Positions 41,501 to 51,855 are shown, counted from the stretch's first letter. The stretch is 64,000 nucleotides of DNA from Candidatus Latescibacterota bacterium (GCA_965198115.1 OZ240241.1:5920001-5984000); one strand, 5' to 3'. Notes: generated by a model from the sequence alone, not told the origin. Numbers and translations are program-made.

Positions 41501-43204
41501 CTACCCGATTGGTCCAAGGGAGCCCATGACAGCGGTGAGCTTGAGTGGGCGCGGAACCGAATCGGCAGCTCAGTTATGGATGACGACTTCGCGCGCTATG
41601 TGATCGGCACCAACTGGTCGGGGAGCGACTGGCTGTCATTCAAACTGGAGGAACCGCAGTGGAAACCGCCGCCGCGACCCGAGGATTTGTTGTGCTCCTT
41701 GGTTGGCGAGTTCTCGTCCGATGAGCGTACGGCCTGGGAAGAGTTTGAGGCCGCTGACGAGGCGTATTCGGCGGCATTGCGGTCGGTCTCTCATGTTTGG
41801 TTTGCGCAACGTGAGAAAGATGGCACATCGCGGAGCCTTGATCTTTCGAACTCGGAGGGCCTTGCGCAGGAGTTGGAGGCGGCACGCCCTGCCGAGGTTG
41901 CGGCGTTGGAAGCGAAACGAGAGCAGGCAATCGTCGCCTTGGAGGCGGTTCTCTCTGGCGAGCATGCGCAGCGACTAGCCAAGATCTGGTCCGCGCGGGA
42001 AAACGACCACGAGTCACGTCGTCCGCCTCGGTTCGAGCTTCACGAGATCCAGCGCTACGTTCTCTGGCGGGTCTTCGACCTGGGATGGACGACCGAGCGT
42101 TTCGGGTACTTCGACTGGTTCTACAGCGGATACCACGGACGTGATGCATCGAAGGCAGAGCGGATCGGCAAGAAATACCAGTGGATCGCATACCACGAGA
42201 TCATGGCGCTAGTTTCCGATCACTACCAATACCGAGAGTGTTTTCGAGAGGAAGAGGGCGATCAGGCGTATGAAGGACCTTGGCAGGGTCGCCTTCGAGA
42301 CATCGACCCTTCGTGCACGTTGAGATCTCTACGAGGCGGAGGCTCCTGGGACGGCCATGCAGTCTCGTGGTGGGGGTCGGCTCGGTACGATGCTTGGGGA
42401 GATCCCCTCAGGCCTCTCGACTGGGTCCTGAACGCTAACGACTTGCCGAAAGTCGAGGACCTGCTCGTCGTCACCAACCCCGCGGACGACTCGCGCTGGG
42501 TGAACGGCCAAGGTTTCTTCTCTTGGAAGCAGCAACCACCGACAGATCGGGAATCGACCGACGTCGAGCGTCGTGAGCTTTGGTACAAGTGCACAGGCTA
42601 CTTGCTCCGGGCAGATGACGTGGAGTCCTTCTTGCGGTGGGCCGAGGGGACCGACTTTGCGCGTTGTTGGATGCCGGAGGCGGTCAAGGTCGACGAAATC
42701 TTCCTGGGCGAGCACGCTTGGGCAACGGCCTCTCACTACTTCCAGCACCCATATTACGGTGACGACGGCTGGACCCAGCCGGCCCACGGCTGCCCAGTGA
42801 AGGTCCGGACCGTCACGTGCGAGTATCTGCGCGAGACAAGTGGCTTCGACTGCTCCATCGAAGAGAGCTACACACTTCGTCTACCCGCCATCGACCTTGT
42901 CAACGGCCTCGGAATCTGGTGGAGCGGGCGTGGCGCCGACTTCGTGGATGGTGCGGACCGAGTCGTTGCACAGGATCCAACAGTTCATTCCGAGGGTCCG
43001 GGCGCCATGCTCCTTAGAGATGATCTACTTGGAGAGTTTCTGGCCCGCGAGAAGCTCGCGATCTGCTGGGCTGTCTTTGGTGAGAAGCGCGTGATTTCGC
43101 CGGGCTTTGGGACCGGGCCCCATCATCCCCGGCTCCGTGTGTCCGGGGCGTACGTGCTTGCAGAGGGACGCGCAGTGGGCTTCGTCAAAACCCATGATCG
43201 ATGA
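38579..43204 (+). CDS. Large STAND/NACHT NTPase with N-terminal PD-(D/E)xK-like nuclease, AVAST (Avs2-like) antiphage protein
   Basis: N-terminal FEELCAQL...PDAGVECY...WQSKY. Walker A GAAGTGKTH, Walker B LLVIDAINE, NPLFLK and C-terminal ERIGKKYQWIAYHE. About 1540 aa. Confidence 0.78.
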   Translation: MSGMTLDWNSIRPLEGGRDKGFEELCAQLARAERPSGSTFVRKGTPDAGVECYAILSDGAEWAWQSKYIDGLGDSQWSQIDGSIKTALEKHPKLVRYFVCAPVDRADARIEGRRSAKERWDDHVAKWSRWASDRGMTVEFVYWGSHELLERLARPVHIGRVRFWFDVRGFDAPWFTARLDEALLTAGPRHTPEVHVDLPIAWEFEVFGRTDRFFDREMASARRIRKKLRAVEYSEGAAEPTVDAGLAAVSSKVQTVLNVIGTIDVQAMGPLPFRAISEQVHAAEEAAEELSRLLGERERRLEAKQESRDTKARRSSYGSNPFRDRRIRLLRLISELEAARKSFVHADKVADSSLMVLRGAAGTGKTHLLCDVARQRVSAGRPTVLLMGQRFVSNDEPWSQALQQLDLSSLSVEEFVGALEAAAQAAGSRALLVIDAINEGAGQNIWPSHLTAFLAYLERSPWIGVVLAVRSSFEEFILPAVVRSRAAVVTHSGFRGVEYDATKTFFVHYDLELPSTPLLAPEFQNPLFLKTLCRGLHAKGERRLPRGFHGITAVFDLYLSAVNERLASSLDFDSRMPFVRQAVGAVSEAILDSGESWLTLTKAGEVVNRFLAGRDFERSLYRGLVAEGVLLEEVARPQDANAEVVVVIAYERFADHLAARSLLGSYLDVNDPPSAFAATGGLAFICDDKHYVSPGLLEALCIQIPEQTGQELIFVAPTCADRWGLGDAFRQSLVWRTYAAFSEDTRRALNKLCRSEQDWRDTLDVLLTVATLPRHPLNAWFLDQRLRRDAMPDRDAWWSLYLHHAYGTHGPVDRLVDWASSLDPSTSIDDEAVDLCAVALSWMLTTSNRFLRDRATTALVSLLTDRLAAVVRLVGRFADVDDPYVAERVHAVAYGVAMRCHDPVAVGTLATCVYERVFASGSPRPHILLRDYARGVVERALHLGSKIDVVPDRVRPPYKSTWPTIPTEENIKTLLPDWSKGAHDSGELEWARNRIGSSVMDDDFARYVIGTNWSGSDWLSFKLEEPQWKPPPRPEDLLCSLVGEFSSDERTAWEEFEAADEAYSAALRSVSHVWFAQREKDGTSRSLDLSNSEGLAQELEAARPAEVAALEAKREQAIVALEAVLSGEHAQRLAKIWSARENDHESRRPPRFELHEIQRYVLWRVFDLGWTTERFGYFDWFYSGYHGRDASKAERIGKKYQWIAYHEIMALVSDHYQYRECFREEEGDQAYEGPWQGRLRDIDPSCTLRSLRGGGSWDGHAVSWWGSARYDAWGDPLRPLDWVLNANDLPKVEDLLVVTNPADDSRWVNGQGFFSWKQQPPTDRESTDVERRELWYKCTGYLLRADDVESFLRWAEGTDFARCWMPEAVKVDEIFLGEHAWATASHYFQHPYYGDDGWTQPAHGCPVKVRTVTCEYLRETSGFDCSIEESYTLRLPAIDLVNGLGIWWSGRGADFVDGADRVVAQDPTVHSEGPGAMLLRDDLLGEFLAREKLAICWAVFGEKRVISPGFGTGPHHPRLRVSGAYVLAEGRAVGFVKTHDR

Positions 43205-43544
43205 TCCCAACGGTGAGGCACTGGCCCTAGCCGATTTCCTGGCCGAGGTGACGTCCGTGCCCGCGTCTTCTCCCGTGGTCTTTGACGATCCGATCACGAG
43301 CATGGACTATCGCCGAATCCACGAAGTCTGCGACCGCGGCCAGGGCTGGTCAGTGCACCCTCCTGATCCGGTCGACCGTGGCCGATGCGATCGAGACGTG
43401 GCGGCGGCTGGCAGCGCGAGGGAAAGGGATACCGCACCCTTTCCGTCAGCGAATGTGACTTGCCCCTCGTGCTGCGAAGCGTACCTAAGCTGGTTGATCC
43501 AACCGGTCATGTATCTGAACCGGTACAAGGTTACCGGACGGAGC

Positions 43545-43830
43545 CTATTCCACCCAAGCGCCAATAATCTGCAAGCAAAAGCCTAGAACCAGAAGTCCAA
43601 GCCCTTTCTTGGCGCTCTTGGACTGAAGGAAAAAATGGGAAATCAGCGGTACTTTGAGGAACTCATCATCATCAGAATCATCGTTAGGCATCCAGTATGT
43701 GCTGCCTAACCGAATTGCTTCTTTTTTGGACAAAGAGGCCGCAGGCCAATACCACGGCTCCTAAGATGTCAAATATTAATCCAATAGTCGAAACTACACG
43801 ACTGTCTATCAGAAGGCAGTGCCAGTCCAT
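43545..43830 (-). CDS. Small two-TM protein, frameshifted near 43733
   Basis: MDWH...IGLIFDILGAVVLA joins SKKEAIRLG...GLGLLVLGFCLQIIG. Confidence 0.55.
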
Positions 43831-43879
43831 GGGCTTTTCCCTCTCTTGCTTCGGGTTGTCTGAGAGCATGACGCGGCGG

Positions 43880-44270
43880 CTTGATTCCCATTGCTGAAGC
43901 CTTCTCTGATCTGAGCGGCGGGCCGGTGGCGGCGCTCCGCGCGCCACCACTTCACCCAGGCCGACCAGGTGAACCAGCTTGTCGGGGCCAGCGAAGCGGA
44001 CCCCGATCTCGGCTTCATGGCGCGGACGATGGCGCTGTGCTCCCTGCCCCGCACTAACCCCGGCAACCGCCACCAGTACAAGCGCGTCAACGGTCCCTAC
44101 AAGCTCATCAATGTCGGTCACCGGGGATCACAAGCTCCCCTTCGGCAATCTGCCGCGCTTGATTCTGGCCTGGGTCTCGACCGAAGCGGTGTGGACCTAA
44201 AGCCGCGAGCTGGTGCTAGGGAAAGTCGTTTTCCGAGTTCATGCGGACCCTGGGGGTCTACAGCAGCGGG
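43880..44270 (+). pseudogene. Plasmid RepA remnant, copy 2
   Basis: GFMARTMALCSLPRTNPGNRHQYKRVNGPYKL...KLPFGNLPRLILAWVSTEAV, with a stop and frameshift. Confidence 0.7.
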
Positions 44271-44487
44271 GGCCGGGATCGTGTTCATGGGACTTCGACC
44301 CCGAACGGCCGTCGGTCGAGTTGCCGGTATCGCCGAGCAAGATTGAAGCCGATGAGCGGTCCGCGCCCGGTCCAATGATCCTGCTTGAAGGGGGCTTGCT
44401 TGGCCCATCGAGACACGCTCGCCCGAATCTCCTATAATCAGGCGACAAGTCTGAAAGGTAGACTGCTCCCGGCTCGAATGAGCGGTC

Positions 44488-44575
44488 GTGAGGAAGTCGG
44501 AGTTCAGCGGAGCCAAATGGTCGGAATTCTCAAAGAAGCCGAAGCGGGCGTCCCGATTCCCGATCTGCGTCGCCC
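44488..44575 (+). mobile_element. IS3-family orfA remnant
   Basis: MRKSEFS / QMVGILKEAEAGVPIPDL. Confidence 0.55.
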
Positions 44576-44585
44576 GAGTCGAGAG

Positions 44586-44628
44586 CCGTGAGGTTGCTGA
44601 CGATGAAGAGCTGGACGAAGCACAGAAG
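44586..44628 (-). repeat. 43-bp perfect inverted copy of hsdR bases 45302-45344
   Basis: CCGTGAGGTTGCTGACGATGAAGAGCTGGACGAAGCACAGAAG is the exact reverse complement. Confidence 0.95.
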
Positions 44629-44806
44629 ACAGGCCACGTCGATAGCCGCCCAAGCACGACCGGGAAGGCAGAATGATGGATCAAGCCATCCACAACAATA
44701 TCGTCTCCTTCATCCGTGGCATCGAAGCCAACCTCGGGTCGCGTTCGCATTTATCACCGGACAGTCGGACGCTTTCAGCAGACGCCAAAAGGAGTGAGTC
44801 CCCGCG

Positions 44807-47662
44807 ATGGCGATGATCACACCCGAACGCGATCTTGAAGAGTCCCTTGTCACGAAGCTACGGGACCTCAAGTACGAATACCGCCCCGACATCCGCGATC
44901 GAGCCAAGCTTGAAGCGAACTTCAGGGAGAAGTTCGAGGCACTCAACCGCGTCAACCTCACCGGCGGAGAGTTCCAGCGACTCCTCGACGAGATCGTCAC
45001 ACCAGATGTGTACGAAGCCGCACGCTCCCTCCGGAACCGGGAAGCGTTCATCCGTGACGACGGCACGCCGCTCAATTACACCCTCGTCGACATCAAGGAC
45101 TGGTGCAAGAACACCTTCGAGGTCGTTAATCAGCTCCGCATCAATACGGACAACAGCCATCATCGCTACGACGTCATATTCCTGATCAACGGCGTACCCG
45201 TTGTCCAGATCGAGCTCAAGACGCTTGGGATCAGCCCCCGTAGGGCGATGGAGCAGATCGTCGACTACAAGAACGACCCCGGTAACGGATACGCCAAGAC
45301 GCTTCTGTGCTTCGTCCAGCTCTTCATCGTCAGCAACCTCACGGACACGTGGTACTTCGCCAACAACAACGCGCGGCATTTCGCCTTCGACGCTGACGAG
45401 CGGTTCCTTCCCATCTACCAGTTCGCGGCCGAGGACAACACGAAGATCACCCACCTCGACGACTTCGCCGATCGGTTCCTGGCCAAGTGCACACTCGGCC
45501 AGATGCTCAGCAAGTATATGGTCCTCATCGCGAGCGAGCAGAAGCTCCTGATGATGCGCCCGTACCAGATCTACGCCGTCAAGGCCATCGTCGACTGCAT
45601 CGACCAGAACTGCGGCAACGGCTACATCTGGCACACGACCGGCTCGGGCAAGACGCTCACCTCTTTCAAAACCTCGACACTCCTCAAGACCAACGAGAGC
45701 ATCCACAAGTGTCTGTTCGTCGTCGACCGCAAGGACCTCGACCGCCAGACCCGCGAGGAGTTCAACCGATTCCAAGAGAACTGCGTCGAGGAAAACACCA
45801 ACACCGCAGCGCTTGTCTGCCGCCTCCAGTCCGACGACTACGCGGACAAGGTCATCGTCACGACCATCCAGAAGCTCGGGCTCGCCCTCGACGAGAACAG
45901 CAAGCACAACAAGCAAAACCTCGCTCAGGGGCGGTCAACGTTCAAGCAGCGGCTCGGGCAGCTCCGCGACAAGCGGATGGTCTTCATCTTCGACGAGTGC
46001 CACCGCTCGCAGTTCGGCGAGAACCACAAGGCCATCAAGGAGTTCTTCCCGAACTCCCAGCTCTTCGGCTTCACTGGCACCCCGATCTTTAAGGACAACG
46101 CGACCGTCAAGCAGATCGAGGGAGACATCGCCACCCTTCGAACCACCAAGGACCTCTTCCAGAAGGAGCTCCACGCCTACACCATCACCCACGCGATCGA
46201 GGATCGGAACGTCCTCCGCTTCCACGTCGACTACTACAAGCCAAAGGACGCCCCCGCCCTCAAGCCCGGTGAGACCCTCGCCAAGCAGGCGGTCGCTCAG
46301 GCCATCCTCGACAAGCACGATGCCGCGACCGGAGACCGACGCTTCAACGCGCTGCTGGCCACCGCCTCGATCAACGACGCCATCGAGTATTACAAGGTCT
46401 TCAAGCAGCTTCAGACCCAACGCCCGGCCGACGACCCCGAGTTCGTCCCCCTCAAGGTCGCCGCCGTCTTCTCGCCGCCAGCGGAGGGCAACAAGGACGT
46501 CCAGCAGATCCAGGAGGACCTCCCCCAGGAGAAGGAGGACAACCAGCACGACCCCGAGGGCAAGAAGACCGCGCTCAGGGCCATCATCACCGACTACAAC
46601 CAGCAGTACGGCACGAACCACGACATCAACAACTTCGACCTCTACTACCAAGACATCCAGCAGCGCATCAAGGACCAGCAGTTCCCCAACCGCGACCTGC
46701 CCCGGAAGGGCGAGGAGAAGGTCGACATTACCATCGTCGTCGACATGCTCCTCACCGGCTTCGACGCCGTGTACCTCAACACGCTCTACGTCGATAAGAA
46801 CCTCAAGCACCACGGCTTGATCCAGGCCTTCTCCCGCACCAACCGCGTCCTCAACGCGACCAAACCCTACGGCCACATCCTCGACTTCCGCCAGCAGCAA
46901 GACAGCGTCGACGCCGCTATCGCTCTCTTCTCCGGTGCGCAGGCTGACCGGGCCCGCGAGATCTGGCTGGTCGAAAAAGCTCCCGTCGTCATCGACAACT
47001 TCGAGCAGGCCGTTGCCGACCTTGGCGAGTTCATGCAGTCGCAGGGCCTCGAAGCCAAGCCCGATCAGGTGAACAACATGATGGGCGACGACGCCCGTGC
47101 CCAGTTCATCAAGCGATTCAAGGAGGTCCAGTGCCTCCAGACCCAACTCGACCAGTACACCGACCTCACCGACGAGCAGCGCGAGCAGATTGAGCAGGTC
47201 CTCCCCGAGCACGACCTCCGCGCCTTCCGCGGCACCTACCTCGAAACGGCCCAGCGCCTGAAAGAGCAGCAGGGCACGCCCGGCGGGGACGGCGAGCCGG
47301 CCAACCTCGAGATCACGGATAGCAGATCGCCCGAGCACCTCAGCTCCGAATGTCTGGTTCATCTCTTTCGAGACGCACACCGGAAGGGGGACGATCGCCG
47401 TACGAGCGCAATATTGCCGGTCCTGCTCGGTCGCTGCGAGGCGATCCTCAAGACGAAGATCCTAGATTCGGAGCGCGGTGCCAGTGAAATGCGGGAAGAG
47501 GTGTTGTCCAGATTCGGCGAGGTGCTCGCCAGCGACGGCCGACCGAGCTCGACATGTATGAGTGCAGATTCAATCGAGCCTTTCACGCCCTACGCTTCGA
47601 TGTTGTGGATCGCGAACGTAGACGCCTCTAGGGCGCACTGTGGAAGTACCACGTGGGGATGA
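44807..47662 (+). CDS. hsdR: Type I restriction enzyme R subunit, C-terminus replaced by unrelated sequence after ~47310
   Basis: RYDVIFLINGVPVVQIELK, WHTTGSGKT, DECHRSQ, FTGTP, MLLTGFD and QAFSRTNR. Codon style changes abruptly near 47310. Only scraps of hsdM are present (44676-44720, 47820-47880). Confidence 0.9.
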   Translation: MAMITPERDLEESLVTKLRDLKYEYRPDIRDRAKLEANFREKFEALNRVNLTGGEFQRLLDEIVTPDVYEAARSLRNREAFIRDDGTPLNYTLVDIKDWCKNTFEVVNQLRINTDNSHHRYDVIFLINGVPVVQIELKTLGISPRRAMEQIVDYKNDPGNGYAKTLLCFVQLFIVSNLTDTWYFANNNARHFAFDADERFLPIYQFAAEDNTKITHLDDFADRFLAKCTLGQMLSKYMVLIASEQKLLMMRPYQIYAVKAIVDCIDQNCGNGYIWHTTGSGKTLTSFKTSTLLKTNESIHKCLFVVDRKDLDRQTREEFNRFQENCVEENTNTAALVCRLQSDDYADKVIVTTIQKLGLALDENSKHNKQNLAQGRSTFKQRLGQLRDKRMVFIFDECHRSQFGENHKAIKEFFPNSQLFGFTGTPIFKDNATVKQIEGDIATLRTTKDLFQKELHAYTITHAIEDRNVLRFHVDYYKPKDAPALKPGETLAKQAVAQAILDKHDAATGDRRFNALLATASINDAIEYYKVFKQLQTQRPADDPEFVPLKVAAVFSPPAEGNKDVQQIQEDLPQEKEDNQHDPEGKKTALRAIITDYNQQYGTNHDINNFDLYYQDIQQRIKDQQFPNRDLPRKGEEKVDITIVVDMLLTGFDAVYLNTLYVDKNLKHHGLIQAFSRTNRVLNATKPYGHILDFRQQQDSVDAAIALFSGAQADRAREIWLVEKAPVVIDNFEQAVADLGEFMQSQGLEAKPDQVNNMMGDDARAQFIKRFKEVQCLQTQLDQYTDLTDEQREQIEQVLPEHDLRAFRGTYLETAQRLKEQQGTPGGDGEPANLEITDSRSPEHLSSECLVHLFRDAHRKGDDRRTSAILPVLLGRCEAILKTKILDSERGASEMREEVLSRFGEVLASDGRPSSTCMSADSIEPFTPYASMLWIANVDASRAHCGSTTWG

Positions 47663-48231
47663 CGGGGACGAGCGCTTACTCTCCGAAGAAGAGGGGCTCG
47701 CGCTCTTGTCTGAGGCAGGCCGAACACCTGCGACACAGGAGAGGTGTACGGCCCCCGCGACACATGTCGTATCTTGGGAAGGCTCCGGCAGCGAGCGGAG
47801 ATGCCCTCCAAGCAGACCGGCTACGAGGCGGGCGAGTACAAGCATGTCGTGCGGGGCCTCATCTTCCTCAAGTTCATCATGTCGCGGCGACCATCTGTCA
47901 GAGATTCACCCCGCAGTCCAAGCATGAATGCCAGGACCAATGACGCTGTCTGTAGATGTCGATTCAACGAGGGATGCAGGATCAAGACGCCCGGAGCCCA
48001 TCGAGTAGTTCAACTCCGGCCAGGAGCCAGGCGCTCATACCCTCGCCTCCGACACAACGCCACTTCACCCGCGCCCCGTCCACCCATCACACCCGGAAAA
48101 CCCACCCACCCCGCATGATCCACCGGAAATTCCAATTGTCGCTGACCGCGCATTGACTCAGGGTTTCTGCTACCCCTGAGGGGTCGTTTCCTCACATTCT
48201 GCTACCCCCTTTGTCTTTCGCGGGAGCAGAA

Positions 48232-48400
48232 ATGGCGAGGAGCATCAGCATGGCGACCAAACGGGAGCTCGTGGTGGAAGTTGGACGCCGATATCGGGTG
48301 GCTTCAAGCGGCGAGAAGCGCAGGATTTTGGATGAGTTCGTGGCCCTGACGGGCTACCATCGCAAACACGCCCTGAGGCTTCTCAACGGTGGTGAAACGT
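48232..48400 (+). mobile_element. Integrase-core (IS481/ISNCY-like) transposase N-terminal remnant
   Basis: RRYRVASSGEKRRILDEFVALTGYHRKHALRLL. Confidence 0.65.
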
Positions 48401-48550
48401 GCTACCGCCGCTCGGGCCGTCCTCGCTCTCGGACGGTCGGGATTCGGTCCGGGGAGGTCGCGGCGTTCGCGTACTCGATCCGCGCCACCGCACGGATAAT
48501 TTCTTCTTCCGTCCGGGCCGTCTCCCGCGCTTGAATCATCTCCTAGCGGG

Positions 48551-49375
48551 TCATGGAATCGGTTCCCATTCCTCCTGCTCGTATTCCGTGGCCGCATCGG
48601 TCGGGCTCATGCTGAGCCACTGGGGATAACCGCCGAGCCACAGCACCGCTCCGGCCAGTCCGTAGGACGCCTTCTCGTTCCGCAGCCGGACGGCCGATCG
48701 CGTGGAATCTGGGATCGGGACCGCCCGCAGCTCCCACAGCGCCCGAACGGAATTGCGCCAGTCGGTCGAGCCGGAATAGATCGCCGCCTCGCCCTCGCTC
48801 GCCTTCGATGGGTGCGAGATCAGCAGGACCGCGCAACGGGCCGAACACGCCCAGGCATCCAGCGCCGACACGAACGCCCGGACCTCGGAACGCGAATTTT
48901 CGTTTCCGCCGAACGCCGCCGCCGAATCGATCACCAGCAGCCGCGCGTCCCGTCCTCCGGTGTACTCCATCACCCATTTGGCGCTGCCCGTCCACGCCGC
49001 CGGCGCTCCCGGGGACTTAGACGCCCACAGGGGGCCGCCTCCGGACAGGTCCAGGGCCACCAGCCGGTCATCGGGATCGGGGGCCGGGGAGTATCCCGCC
49101 ATCCGACGGGCGAGTTCGTCGGGCTCGTCTTCCCAGGACGCTATGACCGCGACCGCGCCGCCCGCCCGGCAACGTCAGCGGGGGGCCGCTCTTCAGCCAT
49201 ACCGAACACCGGACGCGACCGCCACGGCAAGTTGCAGCGCCAGGCGCGATTTTCCGACCGCGCCCGGTCCCGACAGCAGGCACACGCGAGACGCCGGCAG
49301 CCATTCCGGAATCAGCCACTCGCGGGCCGGGGCCGTCCAGTCGGTCCGGATCGCGCGGGGGGATAATTCGATCAA
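48551..49375 (-). pseudogene. AAA_25/RepA-like SF4 helicase domain, frameshifted near 49180
   Basis: REWLIPEWLP, GPGAVGKS, SWEDEPDE, LLVIDS, GGNENSR, ISHPSK and SGSTDW. Confidence 0.75.
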
Positions 49376-49430
49376 AAAAACTCCTCAATGTAGTGGGTCA
49401 AGTTTGAATTCCCAGGGGGACGATGATCGG

Positions 49431-49622
49431 TCACTTCGCGGTGTCATCTAATTTTGCGTCAGCCTTTTCTTCCACGACGGACAACACGACATCCTTCGGA
49501 ACCTGTGCCACGATGACTTTTTTATTGAAGAACGCGTAGGACTTACCGCTGTCCCCCATCATCTTTGCCTCGATCAACTGGTCTTCCTTGTCGGCCCTGA
49601 ATTTGACGCGATACGTCGGCAT
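49431..49622 (-). CDS. Small hypothetical protein
   Basis: GAGG RBS, then a 63-aa ORF beginning MPTYRVKF. Confidence 0.5.
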   Translation of the reverse strand: MPTYRVKFRADKEDQLIEAKMMGDSGKSYAFFNKKVIVAQVPKDVVLSVVEEKADAKLDDTAK

Positions 49623-50466
49623 TTTTGTCTTTCCTCGGTGTTGGAAATTAGCAACCCATTGTGGAGCATCGGTCATTTACCAGCCTCACCCGTGACTCTC
49701 CCAATCTGGACGGACCAGGATGGGGCCTCCACATCGTCCGCGCTCATTGCGCCTTCGTCCGGGCGTCCGGGCGCGGCGCTCCCTCGCCCGCAGCCGATCC
49801 TTGACCAGCGGCAAGTTCTTGCAGTCCCACAGCTCGTTACCTCGAATCAGGAAGCCGGTGCCAGCACGATCAACGGCAAAAATCGCAGTCGTACCGTCGG
49901 GCCGCCAGTCCGTTTACGAAGGGGATCGGAATTAATTGTTGACAGCACCGATATCGAACACCTCGTGGCGCGATCCGAACTGGCGGCACACTTAACACCC
50001 GCTGCACCCAGCCGCCGGCAAGGCCGTCAAGGCGCTGGCCGACTATGCGCGGGAGTACTGGGATCGGAACCGCCAGGAGCAGCTCGCGCAGGAGCGTGAC
50101 GGTCTCGGGAGAACCCGCTGATGGGGAATGCCTTGGATCGCGCGCGGGCGGCGCAAGCGGAGAACGAGGCACTGAAGGTGAGCGCCCAGGAGACGACTGC
50201 TGCGCTGCAGGAGACGACAGCCGAGCTACAGGACCTGAAGGGGGAGCTAAAGTGGCTTCAGCTTCACACCAAACGCGAGCATGAGCTGGCGCGGGACCCC
50301 AAGCGGTTTCGGCGGGAGCTGATCATGTGTGCGGTCGTGGCCGTCGGCGCGACCTCCTCACGCTCGTGACCACGCTCGTTCTGGGCAACATCCTCCGAGA
50401 GATGGCCATCGAGATGTTCGACACCCTCCGCGTCTGGTGGACCGGGTGAGCGGCTCAAGAAATCGG

Positions 50467-51330
50467 CTAGACAGCCGCCTTGAATGAGTCCGTGATCACG
50501 GACTCGATCACGGCACTGTGATTTTCTAGATTCTCCGGCGTAAGGCGAATTCGGTAGCGCCCCGATCGTTCGTCATAGTCCATGACATCAAGGCCAGCTG
50601 TCTCCAATTGCTGCAGTGTTGAATCGGATCGCTCAAGCCTCGGCTCAAACCGGATAAACGTCTTTTTCGGCCGGAAGATCACAAGGTTGTTCGGCGCGCC
50701 ATTCTTCGCGAGCCCGATGTAGAACCTGTTGTACTTGAGTTCCAGATCAGGGTTTAACCGTTTCACGATCTCCAGGATGGCATCTGCCATCGCGACGGTC
50801 TTCGGAGAGCCTAGGTTTTCCCAATAACTACGATCTGTAACCTCATGGGTGTCCTCGTCTTCCTCCACTAAGCCAAAGTTCAACTGATCGACCACTTTGG
50901 TGAACACGAGACCTGTTGAATCTCCTGTTTGAAATGCGCTCATCTGTAGTGCCATGAGCGGAATCTGACCGTTGAAAAGACTGATCACGTTCAGGAATCT
51001 GGCAGTGATGTCCTCGGCCACAATTACGGCAGAGTGTTCATACTGGGGATAGCGCTTCCTCTCAATGTCCCAGTACTCAATTGTACGAATGATGTGAGAT
51101 TCGTCCGTGGCCCCAAGCTGAATCTCCACTTCGTACCGTCGACTCGTATCAGCACCCTGCAGCAACAGGTCAAGCCGACCCGCCCGAGGCTGGATTCGCT
51201 CCTTGTCTTTTAGGATAACATCTCCGAGGCCCAATAGCGCTGGGTCATCGGCAATTCGATCCTGCACCCATCTCTCGGTGAACTGTTGGTGGTTCTTGAG
51301 GAGAATACGTTCGAACTTCACGTAGGTCAT
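50467..51330 (-). CDS. NucS/EndoMS-like PD-(D/E)xK endonuclease-fold protein with DUF5655-like C-terminus
   Basis: ERWVQDRI, GRLDLL, YEVEIQLG and IRTIEYWD. C-terminal LKYNRFYIGL...FRPKK. Confidence 0.65.
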   Translation of the reverse strand: MTYVKFERILLKNHQQFTERWVQDRIADDPALLGLGDVILKDKERIQPRAGRLDLLLQGADTSRRYEVEIQLGATDESHIIRTIEYWDIERKRYPQYEHSAVIVAEDITARFLNVISLFNGQIPLMALQMSAFQTGDSTGLVFTKVVDQLNFGLVEEDEDTHEVTDRSYWENLGSPKTVAMADAILEIVKRLNPDLELKYNRFYIGLAKNGAPNNLVIFRPKKTFIRFEPRLERSDSTLQQLETAGLDVMDYDERSGRYRIRLTPENLENHSAVIESVITDSFKAAV

Positions 51331-51418
51331 CGGCGCGCCCCTAGGCTATTTTCCACGAGCGAAAGCTGTTGTGCAGTTTCATAGCGAACTGACGGGTATT
51401 GGGACAACGGAAGCACCG

Positions 51419-51631
51419 TTACGCCAACAGCAGACGCTCGCCCTTGGGTTCCGGTATTGGATCGCCGAACTCTCTCGCTGTATCAATCCAGAGTTCCATC
51501 GCTTGAGTGACGTTCCTGAGAGCGGCATCCTGAGTGTCTCCATGAGCCATACATCCGGGAAGTTCTGGAACTTCAGCCACGAAAGCACTGTCTGCGTTGC
51601 TCCAATAGAGAATGATCTCGTACTTATACAT
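51419..51631 (-). CDS. hicB: HicB-family antitoxin (no hicA seen)
   Basis: FVAEVPELPGCMAHGDT...IPEPKG. Confidence 0.88.
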   Translation of the reverse strand: MYKYEIILYWSNADSAFVAEVPELPGCMAHGDTQDAALRNVTQAMELWIDTAREFGDPIPEPKGERLLLA

Positions 51632-51855
51632 CGCAGTCAGGAAGCTCCCCAGCCACGGTGGTCACGTAATTCAGTCTCTGGAAAACCTGCAGGGATGAGT
51701 GGCCGCGGTCTCAGGACACGGCACCGAGTCGGTAGCTGCCCAGCGCGACAGATTCCGTTCCGCACCATCCTGGCTGGATCTGCTGAGCGCCCTGCGGGTA
51801 GCGACTACGGTTTCACCACGGACGATCAACCATGCTAGAGCCTGAAATCCCAACC

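Noticed and set aside
43195-43340. Partner gene downstream of the Avs-like gene
   Set aside because: It is only a ~40-codon scrap of an ABC-type ATPase (ALADFLAE...VVFDDPITSMD) without Walker A, so it is debris.
51419-51700. Complete HicAB toxin-antitoxin pair
   Set aside because: No hicA-like ORF is recognisable next to hicB.
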